Positions 62,501-64,000 of a stretch of 64,000 nucleotides of DNA are shown here, in pieces (positions within the stretch are counted from its first letter, which is position 1; each line of letters starts with the position of its first letter). Position numbers and translations under genes: made by a program. Under the pieces are notes generated by a model. The model was given only the letters and a program-made list of their open reading frames with translations, did no database searches and was not told where the DNA came from. The DNA is from Macrostomum hystrix (Eukaryota > Animalia > Platyhelminthes), in the NCBI GenBank assembly GCA_950097015.1, contig CATNEN010000033.1, positions 3,968,001 to 4,032,000 of the forward strand. The letters are read 5' to 3'.

Positions 62501-62746
62501 GAGGCCTCCAGCGAGGCGGCTGCGGCCGAGAAGCGCGCCTTGGAGAAGCTGCGCCGCATCGAGGAGCGGCTGGCGGGCGTGATGCGAACCCGGGACCTAC
62601 TGCCGCACCAGGAGCTGCGCGCGGCCGGTCAGGAATTCACGCAGGCCTCGCTGTCCGTGCAGGGCCAGGTTGACTTCCTCATTAGGGAGGCCTGCAGCGT
62701 CGAGCGTCTCTGCAGGATGTACATCGGCTGGCTGGCGTACTTGTAG
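5429..62746 (+). CDS. ATR: Serine/threonine-protein kinase ATR (PIKK family), 31 coding exons, about 8,796 nt joined / about 2,930 aa
   Basis: Phase-consistent exon chain with GT-AG borders (one GC-AG). Protein shows HEAT/UME region ([23 protein letters not shown]), FAT ([27 protein letters not shown]), kinase motifs [54 protein letters not shown] and FATC ending [12 protein letters not shown]. All are recognisably ATR rather than ATM/TOR/DNA-PK. N-terminal exons are less certain than C-terminal ones. Confidence 0.96.
5655..5990. repeat. about 39-bp minisatellite, ATR intron 1
   Basis: GGGGTTTCCCCAGGATTCTCTTCTAAAATAGTCTCACT units. Confidence 0.9.
5996..6166 (+). CDS. ATR: ATR exon 2 ([14 protein letters not shown]...)
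   Basis: CGCAG acceptor, G|GTGAG donor, phase 1-1, GC-rich. Confidence 0.75.
6429..6502 (+). CDS. ATR: ATR exon 3
   Basis: TTGCAG / GTAAG, phase 1-0. Confidence 0.7.
6595..6680 (+). CDS. ATR: ATR exon 4 (alternative in-frame acceptor at 6607)
   Basis: CAG / GTGAG, phase 0-2. Confidence 0.65.
6774..6891 (+). CDS. ATR: ATR exon 5
   Basis: GCGCAG / GTTCGT, phase 2-0, open frame. Confidence 0.65.
6995..7468. repeat. 26-28-bp minisatellite, ATR intron 5
   Basis: CCCAGATCCTCAGGTTGGGCTGCCACT units. Confidence 0.9.
7469..7647 (+). CDS. ATR: ATR exon 6 ([11 protein letters not shown]...)
   Basis: CCCAG / GTGAG, phase 0-2. Confidence 0.8.
7676..7959. repeat. 20-bp minisatellite x about 14, ATR intron 6
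   Basis: TGTTAGATAGCGCAGGTAGG units. Confidence 0.95.
8094..8706 (+). CDS. ATR: ATR exon 7, ends at a GC donor
   Basis: CGCAG acceptor phase 2; GAG|GCGAGT donor phase 0; composition switches to intronic right after. Confidence 0.8.
8984..9096 (+). CDS. ATR: ATR exon 8 (NAGNAG acceptor 8984/8987)
   Basis: CAGCAG / GTGAG, phase 0-2. Confidence 0.8.
9112..9420. repeat. 28-bp minisatellite, intron 8
   Basis: TGGGATTTCAGTGTCTCAGTTACATTGT units. Confidence 0.9.
9541..9806 (+). CDS. ATR: ATR exon 9
   Basis: TTAG / GTGAGT, phase 2-1. Confidence 0.75.
10002..10087 (+). CDS. ATR: ATR exon 10
   Basis: TTTTAG / GTGAGT, phase 1-0. Confidence 0.75.
10296..10676 (+). CDS. ATR: ATR exon 11
   Basis: CGCAG / GTGCAG, phase 0-0. 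Confidence 0.75.
10739..11225. repeat. 13-bp minisatellite, intron 11
   Basis: CCATTGTGACCGT units. Confidence 0.9.
11399..11594 (+). CDS. ATR: ATR exon 12 ([16 protein letters not shown]...)
   Basis: CTGCAG / G|GTGCGA, phase 0-1; frame fixed by the phase-1 acceptor of exon 13. Confidence 0.65.
11674..12148 (+). CDS. ATR: ATR exon 13 (alternative acceptor 11680)
   Basis: TTTAG / GTGAGT, phase 1-2, HEAT-like. Confidence 0.85.
12344..12844 (+). CDS. ATR: ATR exon 14
   Basis: GCGCAG / GTGAG, phase 2-2. Confidence 0.85.
12868..13140. repeat. 18-21-bp G/A-rich minisatellite, intron 14
   Basis: GTGGAAGTTCAGGAGGAG units. Confidence 0.9.
13195..13513 (+). CDS. ATR: ATR exon 15
   Basis: CCGCAG / GTGAG, phase 2-0. 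Confidence 0.85.
13790..14835. repeat. 18-bp polypyrimidine minisatellite, intron 15
   Basis: CCCTTCCATCTTCCTCTT units. Confidence 0.95.
14966..15147 (+). CDS. ATR: ATR exon 16 (UME domain start)
   Basis: CCCAG / GTGAGT; [20 protein letters not shown] resembles human LMGPKHVSSVRVKMMTTLR. Confidence 0.9.
15232..15306 (+). CDS. ATR: ATR exon 17
   Basis: GCCAG / GTAAG, phase 2-2. Confidence 0.85.
15423..15542 (+). CDS. ATR: ATR exon 18
   Basis: TGTAG / GTAAG, phase 2-2; IVANLLPV motif. Confidence 0.88.
15650..16088. repeat. 21-bp minisatellite, intron 18
   Basis: CCTGGTTCCACAGACCTTCAA units. Confidence 0.95.
16120..16227 (+). CDS. ATR: ATR exon 19
   Basis: TTTCAG / GTGAG, phase 2-2. Confidence 0.85.
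16472..16744 (+). CDS. ATR: ATR exon 20 (HENKDLR...GAVDPAR)
   Basis: Resembles human HENVDVR...GAIDPGR; phase 2-2. Confidence 0.92.
16770..17470. repeat. 20-bp minisatellite, intron 20
   Basis: CCCTTCTAATCCCATCAGTT units. Confidence 0.95.
17566..17707 (+). CDS. ATR: ATR exon 21
   Basis: CGCAG / GTGAG; LMKELAKLY resembles human LLMELTRAY. Confidence 0.9.
17758..18005. repeat. 18-19-bp minisatellite
   Basis: CCCGAATCTTCACAAA units. Confidence 0.85.
18640..18703 (-). CDS. TOX: TOX last coding exon ([20 protein letters not shown])
   Basis: CTGCAG acceptor, phase 2 matches, TGA stop. Confidence 0.7.
18640..27941 (-). CDS. TOX: TOX-family HMG-box transcription factor, 6 coding exons, about 560 aa, polyQ/H-rich, nested antisense in ATR intron 21
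   Basis: [30 protein letters not shown]...[17 protein letters not shown] joined in phase to [26 protein letters not shown], the diagnostic TOX HMG box; all introns GT-AG. Confidence 0.92.
18716..19350. repeat. 32-bp minisatellite in last TOX intron
   Basis: CATGGGTTAGGGGTCATGAGGCTTGAGGCGGT units. Confidence 0.9.
19482..19981 (-). CDS. TOX: TOX polyQ/S exon
   Basis: CACAG / GTGAGT, phase 0-2. Confidence 0.8.
20069..20407 (-). CDS. TOX: TOX polyQ/H exon
   Basis: TTTCAG / GTGAGC, 339 nt, phase 0-0. Confidence 0.8.
20504..20584 (-). CDS. TOX: TOX exon with HMG helix 3
   Basis: [27 protein letters not shown]; CCAG / GTAAG. Confidence 0.93.
21818..22470. repeat. 38-bp minisatellite
   Basis: CACATGGATAGACTAGCAATCCATTCTATTCATTCATC units. 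Confidence 0.95.
24778..25335 (-). CDS. TOX: TOX exon with NLS and HMG helices 1-2
   Basis: GCAG acceptor, AAT|GTGAGT donor, 558 nt phase 0-0. Confidence 0.92.
25495..26110. repeat. 16-bp minisatellite
   Basis: TCTCCCCTGTCTCATC units. Confidence 0.95.
27150..27785. repeat. about 26-bp minisatellite
   Basis: GAGTTTGAGTCCACTATCTAACATAT units. Confidence 0.9.
27801..27941 (-). CDS. TOX: TOX putative first coding exon (MLTAALKSE...GQQL)
   Basis: ATG with upstream in-frame stop; CTG|GTGAGT donor, phase 0. Confidence 0.55.
28965..29260. repeat. 21-bp minisatellite
   Basis: TCCGCCCTCTATCTGCTACTA units. Confidence 0.9.
30875..31350. repeat. 22-bp minisatellite
   Basis: GGTAGGAGAGTGAGACACCGGG units. 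Confidence 0.9.
32040..33195. repeat. 21/23-bp pyrimidine-rich minisatellite
   Basis: TCACTTCCCCTCTCTCCCCTGCC units. Confidence 0.95.
34222..35262. repeat. 45-bp minisatellite x about 23
   Basis: CTCAAGCCTGTCTGCTGAGGATAAACATGGATTGATATTCAGAGG units. Confidence 0.97.
36613..39165. repeat. 48-bp minisatellite x about 52
   Basis: CAGTCAGATTACAGGTAGCTTTACCAGGTGAACTGACTGGTGACATTG units. Confidence 0.97.
40820..41075. repeat. 21-bp minisatellite
   Basis: TGAAGCTTCAGGGTTTTCAA core. Confidence 0.85.
42295..42690. repeat. 12-bp minisatellite
   Basis: CTCTACCTGCTT units. Confidence 0.95.
42999..43283 (+). CDS. ATR: ATR exon 22 (EAIAYAAQE...[12 protein letters not shown])
   Basis: TTCCAG / GTAAGT; continues exon 21 exactly as in human DSAAYAIQE...FPEHVREILEP, across a 25.3-kb intron. 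Confidence 0.92.
43307..43495 (+). mobile_element. tRNA-derived SINE copy 1, 5' part (split by the LTR element)
   Basis: A box TGGCAGAGCGG, B box GCTCGATTCC; colinear with 57469-57650. Confidence 0.8.
43496..44457 (-). repeat. 3' LTR (962 bp)
   Basis: Preceded on - strand by the polypurine tract. Confidence 0.97.
44461..44472 (-). promoter_or_regulatory. Polypurine tract
   Basis: AAAAAAGGGAGA 3 nt before the 3' LTR on - strand. Confidence 0.9.
44525..44743 (-). CDS. Accessory 72-aa RING-HC finger protein (putative E3 ligase) between integrase and PPT
   Basis: MDCPVC-x11-C-x3-H-x2-C-x2-C-x12-CPLCR matches C3HC4 spacing; Kozak ACTACC-ATG-G; frame open from 44848. Confidence 0.8.
   Translation of the reverse strand: MDCPVCLEEFSCKLPCICVNKHHVCGSCLSLAHYKKPLKNCPLCRGNLRQCMICNSWRTVQYCQYVMLSYYC
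44875..52554 (-). CDS. Single Gag-Env-Pol polyprotein, 2,559 aa from first ATG (frame open from 52602)
   Basis: Gag capsid-like region; CCHC knuckle [14 protein letters not shown] (51781-51822); protease LLDSGS (D at about 48350); RT LHYVDD (47080-47091); RNase H ETDAS/ERELLA/RTDY/ADALSR; integrase H-x6-H...CxxC plus D-D-E (SIDITG, SDNGTQF, VERFHR). No stop or frameshift in the ORF. Confidence 0.96.
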   Translation of the reverse strand: MARRNYQVHRDIKETVGMYTMDKDFNTFIDHFDLVSREYGLQNAEKALLLPPLLQGTAREIYGKLTAAVQQDYQALVTQLRAQFARCGTNRSVLLHKLHNRKMSPTESFLTFVDDIRKIIKALHQPPPLDQGAQPIGPAESAARERQRLEDREQSLILHVINNAQPTLRDRLLRETINTEEQLLRCGMQWEASAPLMTTHNSDTTQLAEQLSKLMQQHQTSAIVPQQQRYSYPQPQQRYLHTSTCYTCGRIGHYARDCRSRGNPRSYNDNRQTNWTHPPRQPSNRNWTNSRQQDSRPSNAIVPYRQQRNPPPPRQPTQVRRQYTQAIEPEYTQTIEPKFKIEDLMPDFSVNVLDELEKQKKEQEINDLHLDNDGAAYITIIESDHSKEPPMPQKETEDTEENNFYYNNESTQEIQNDNTSNDSSCIMGSLFEELSIPSPRESVAFNTCQHIERKQLQQQIKGLFKIPTMSDLSKILQNKEGIDELSTSTERNNEEHSAKNSHNTSEENISMLQILVDDIDLTETPPSTPKYKPDPEYENITHVNSSEGQNGHDKAVNTESYYSKHDRSSQTKSDYNTSMENDDDHIYDEPTTWIDMRTDTTSTVLQTLNTPLTFNMKQPTWYNQQTRPSGCNNPWHFSMRLTPPIGETEDQRYSINTNKPTTPTKVKKKKRHILIRWLFSAIVMLLLPTVVPSSVPMICPTDANIQPVIYKIPTEIKCSYFKTNQTKPIPLTIDVYKANTKKHRQYGIICFRDKHELEKVWYIQWNRIRFWQTALPVTQEECLQWNQTLFSKDGELHADEKIGNSQLFRTKNSASGRYVHWNEYIWPRYTTTNSYLIRKVLFYHNPFENMESLQLSMEDCKYNTGFCETAKLWNEAVWQVPLAPTYHQNYRWQIEHRHSPYYEITEYQRQYFVAWKVEPNIDCKFQKYHTIKGSLLSNTFLASTSDFALTFPKKAKYLQINCKENSKKLLVSEQEIPLELRDMDEDTFMRLVNGTYSTRTNTARKKRELQRPSMVSARLLAAKLAAMEHNLHKELNYLHKSLIQLTCRMHETALNYARQNYYVNPTSTFRKITGIQDALAIPISGHLLIYKCVPLHHFNILPSNTSTTCYDKPRIEAYYNGKRIQGFLDTVHNIIVGTAIPRPCTDAANYFNINNKLHKVSTTGHITNITGMQAIIDETYELSDLQLKINKTTYKPFGDIKLDEITPGWTINDFLQVFIAQRQMMNKLFTQHNQQDKEQSFSTGFIIHNAIGSFWSNSFLDLLQGKGSYYQGFIFSSACIVWIHLALMIFITVVRCVARAYPAKQRIFQIDKQQETTTLNEKIEETLLQDQRKQLLPTAPEPEASNIYPKIEIRTARPPPKSPPLPTDPKWPANYICTLQANMGRAMAQVFINNMPSKALLDSGSSITVITKRLYDKLQLHMRPSSIAVAGAGGHALNILGQVNISLKLANKQLLVQAFVIDHLPSQDVIIGIDTFRQMNLPLTFDFNKQTFKLDNVEHPLVSQVHLQPKVHIKQDVFIQPESTCWVKAYLANHDDVEEAMIFEPRKKILTTKEVLIPTALVLITKERNIPVQIINPNQHPVKIYAGTCMGHLNTQASVMLIQPDTTTKMSKQKFLQQIDLSQSPITEGQKTQVKDLLWKYNDVFCHHDYDIGCARDIKQKIELLPHQEPIQCKPYPVAKHLQQHFDEIIEKMLKAGIIKRTVSAYSSPCLLVEKKETNERRLVCDFRVLNKYIPTDQQSLPKISELLARLNTATLFTVFDLRHGFWQIELEEESKQYTAFKTYKGEVFAYQRSPMGISNSPATMSRLTAYMLAGCTNLLHYVDDILAFGNNFEQLVKVMEQALFLLRQQGLKLQPTKCKFCRDSVRYLGHHVSSRGISPDPNNVDKVKKFPKPTSITKLQSFLGLAQYFRKFLPNFAQTAKPLYELLKIPKWKEDNWKAEQQESFDRIKQQLTSDALLKHPNFHKPFIIETDASGSGLGAVLLQEMEPKKEKPIAYISRALRPNETKWSATERELLAVLFALRQFHYYIYGSPLPTIIRTDYAPLTHVVKTKGQTNNRLIRMVLKIQDYNFHLVYKPGPMNKAADALSRTYEINAVHPIPTIKDLLKAQQDDSFYKAIQEDTEETENELTKIEKQFLRKHKNSLVFRELALYWVYNNIPRLYLPYTFRSAILHELHDSPLAGHLSAKKTIQRVAQFYFWPTMNLDIRKYCTQCHSCASTKIGRRQKPEFQSVPKTTTWDTVSIDITGPLPPARQHSIDYNYILTALDVFSKFAVAIPIPDITATTVAMAFYNEIICKFGTPKTLTSDNGTQFTSQLFQQAAKLLNIQQIFTSTYNPKANLVERFHRNLHEMLTHFVYKQPEDWIIYIQSVTMAYNSAVHRSTENTPFFLMFSRDFQPPNLLVQKLLPSQYVDTPTTLQKFTSQLHLAWQIAKHNLDNQSTVPTTSNHASTLQVGDIVYLHYPAQHTHKHAFKYKGPFRVTGLISATTARLANIQDPHQPQFYVHIQRLKRITNDTTFLPTLQNPDHTKTTNKHIATAHAETQTTNTPPNTHTYNLRPR
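48670..50545 (-). other. Env-like class III fusion glycoprotein domain embedded in the polyprotein
   Basis: Basic-then-hydrophobic signal segment [27 protein letters not shown]; 12 ectodomain Cys; 6 N-glycan sequons; furin site RKKR (49534-49545) before a long amphipathic helix; NPT...G..D..A...G.LLIYKC and CYDKP.I...G.L...PC motifs; C-terminal [24 protein letters not shown]. Confidence 0.85.
53076..53093 (-). promoter_or_regulatory. Primer-binding site, probably tRNA-Val
   Basis: TGGTGATCTCGCCCAGGC 2 nt after the 5' LTR; its complement CCTGGGCGAGATCACCA differs by one base from the yeast tRNA-Val(AAC) 3' end as I recall it (CCTGGGCGAAATCACCA). Confidence 0.75.
53096..54057 (-). repeat. 5' LTR (962 bp)
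   Basis: Direct repeat of 43496-44457, offset exactly 9,600 bp, no differences seen by eye; followed by PBS. Confidence 0.97.
54058..54285 (+). mobile_element. tRNA-derived SINE copy 1, 3' part with (ATT)n tail
   Basis: Colinear with 57650-57785 (TCTGTGTGCGTGTGTGCTCAGGAGTCAGCGAAATGGG...GTGTCACCAAATGATGTGCC). Confidence 0.75.
54484..54630 (+). CDS. ATR: ATR exon 23
   Basis: CTCAG / GTGAGT; [11 protein letters not shown] resembles human YLLPHILVYV. Confidence 0.9.
54700..55200. repeat. 24-bp near-perfect minisatellite, intron 23
   Basis: TCGTCCGTTTCCTCAATGGTCTCT units. Confidence 0.97.
55255..55698 (+). CDS. ATR: ATR exon 24 (FAT domain start)
   Basis: [31 protein letters not shown]. Confidence 0.92.
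55712..55992. repeat. 17-bp minisatellite, intron 24
   Basis: CCAAGCTGTGGGATAAT units. Confidence 0.9.
56080..56469 (+). CDS. ATR: ATR exon 25
   Basis: CGCAG / GTGAG; [11 protein letters not shown]. Confidence 0.9.
56485..56645. repeat. Short minisatellite, intron 25
   Basis: TTGGTCATTCTCATACCT core. Confidence 0.85.
56732..57115 (+). CDS. ATR: ATR exon 26
   Basis: ACAG / GTGAG; [17 protein letters not shown]. Confidence 0.9.
57160..57410. repeat. 20-bp minisatellite, intron 26
   Basis: GTGTCAGGAGGAGTCAAGGT units. Confidence 0.95.
57469..57785 (+). mobile_element. tRNA-derived SINE copy 2 (uninterrupted) in ATR intron 26
   Basis: A box TGGCAGAGTGG, B box GTTCGATTCC, AT-rich tail; homologous to copy 1. 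Confidence 0.8.
57809..58159 (+). CDS. ATR: ATR exon 27
   Basis: CACAG / GTGAG; [10 protein letters not shown]. Confidence 0.85.
58258..58560. repeat. 20-bp minisatellite, intron 27
   Basis: TTTGAGAATCCAAGATGGGA units. Confidence 0.9.
58628..59347 (+). CDS. ATR: ATR exon 28
   Basis: TCAG / GTAGG; [16 protein letters not shown]. Confidence 0.93.
59365..59720. repeat. 21-bp G-rich minisatellite, intron 28
   Basis: GGGATTGGGATGGGATCTATG units. Confidence 0.9.
59975..60387 (+). CDS. ATR: ATR exon 29 (kinase N-lobe)
   Basis: [15 protein letters not shown]...[11 protein letters not shown]. Confidence 0.95.
60430..61300. repeat. 21-bp minisatellite, intron 29
   Basis: CAGGTTAATTGGTTCCATTCC units. 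Confidence 0.95.
61355..61856 (+). CDS. ATR: ATR exon 30 (catalytic loop)
   Basis: [19 protein letters not shown]. Confidence 0.96.
61870..62210. repeat. 19-bp minisatellite, intron 30
   Basis: CTTCTGATCCACTTCTCAC units. Confidence 0.95.
62222..62746 (+). CDS. ATR: ATR exon 31 (kinase C-lobe, FATC, stop TAG)
   Basis: [13 protein letters not shown] ... MYIGWLAYL*. Confidence 0.96.
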   Translation, partial: GLLFPVPEVVPFRLTHNMIDAMGATGVEGVFRRACEATLGLMRREARPLVAVLRPLAFDPIVDWMKPRHQNLAGAELSYLDGPAAAGAAGGSAEASSEAAAAEKRALEKLRRIEERLAGVMRTRDLLPHQELRAAGQEFTQASLSVQGQVDFLIREACSVERLCRMYIGWLAYL

Positions 62747-62849
62747 CTGCTGACTGAGTCTGGTTGTCAGATCCCAATGCCTTGCGTTTTTATATCCCAC
62801 TTTTATTTAAATTAATCATCTCCAAACTGTGTTGATCATGATTCCAAAT

Positions 62850-64000
62850 CTTTAAGATCCATTTAGATCAGTTTAGATCCCAATTCCGAATCTTTAAGAT
62901 CCCAATTCCGAATCTTTAAGATCCCAATTCTAAATCTTTTAGATCCCATTCAGATCAGTTTTGATCCCAATTCAAAATCTTTTAGATCCCATTCAGATCC
63001 GTTTAGATCCCAATTCCAGATCTTTAAGATCCCCTTCAGATCAGTTAAGATCCCAATTCTAAATCTTTTAGATCCCATTCAGATCAGTTTTGATCCCAAT
63101 TCAAAATCTTTAAGATCCCAATTCTGAATCTTTTAGATCCCATTCAGATCAGTTTTGATCCCAATTCAAAATCTTTAAGATCCCAATTCTGAATCTTTTA
63201 GATCCCAATTCTGAATCTTTTAGATCCCATTCAGATCAGTTTTGATCCCAATTCAAAATCTTTAAGATCCCAATTCTGAATCTTTTAGATCCCATTCAGA
63301 TCCGTTTAGATCCCAATTCCAGATCTTTAAGATCCCCTTCAGATCAGTTTAGATCCCAATTCTAAATCTTTTAGATCCCATTCAGATCAGTTTTGATCCC
63401 AATTCAAAATCTTTAAGATCCCAATTCTGAATCTTTTAGATCCCATTCAGATCCGTTTAGATCCCAATTCCAGATCTTTAAGATCCCCTTCAGATCAGTT
63501 TAGATCCCAATTCTAAATCTTTAAGATCCCAATTCAAAATCTTTAAGATCCCAATTCCGAATCTTTTAGATCCCATTCAGATCATTTTAGATCCCAATTC
63601 TAATCTTTAAGATCCCATTCAGATCCGTTTAGATCCCAATTCTAATCTTTAAGATCCCATTCAGATCCGTTTAGATCCCAATTCCAGATCTTTAAGATCC
63701 CCTTCAGATCAGTTTAGATCCCAATTCTAAATCTTTAAGATCCCAATTCAAAATCTTTAAGATCCCAATTCCGAATCTTTTAGATCCCATTCAGATCATT
63801 TTAGATCCCAATTCTAATCTTTAAGATCCCATTCAGATCCGTTTAGATCCCAATTCTAATCTTTAAGATCCCATTCAGATCCGTTTAGATCCCAATTCCA
63901 GATCTTTAAGATCCCCTTCAGATCAGTTTAGATCCCAATTCTAAATCTTTAAGATCCCATTCAGATCAGTTTTGATCCCAATTCAAAATCTTTAAGATCC
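62850..64000. repeat. Composite GATCCC-rich satellite 3' of ATR, runs off window
   Basis: GATCCCAATTC / GATCCCATTCAGATC subunits in higher-order repeats. Confidence 0.9.

Overview
Eukaryotic (metazoan) genomic DNA with GC-rich exons and a different minisatellite in almost every intron. This style suggests a flatworm such as Macrostomum, but that is an unverified inference. Three nested layers are present. (1) A complete 31-exon ATR checkpoint kinase gene on + (ATG 5429, stop 62746, about 2,930 aa); I walked the exon phases through by hand and one intron is GC-AG. (2) A six-exon TOX-family HMG-box gene on - lies wholly inside the 25.3-kb ATR intron 21. (3) A full-length, apparently very young Ty3/Gypsy LTR retrotransposon (43496-54057, antisense, 962-bp LTRs that look identical, 4-bp TSD GAGA) lies in ATR intron 22, inserted into a tRNA-derived SINE. 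The retroelement is the most interesting object. Its single 2,559-aa ORF reads Gag - signal peptide - class III (herpes gB-like) envelope/fusion protein - TM - protease - RT - RNase H - integrase, so env sits in frame between gag and pol. After it comes a separate 72-aa RING-finger ORF with a strong Kozak context and candidate splice signals for its own subgenomic mRNA. Most other long ORFs in the track are artefacts of tandem repeats. No database searches were run; family assignments rest on motifs recognised by eye.
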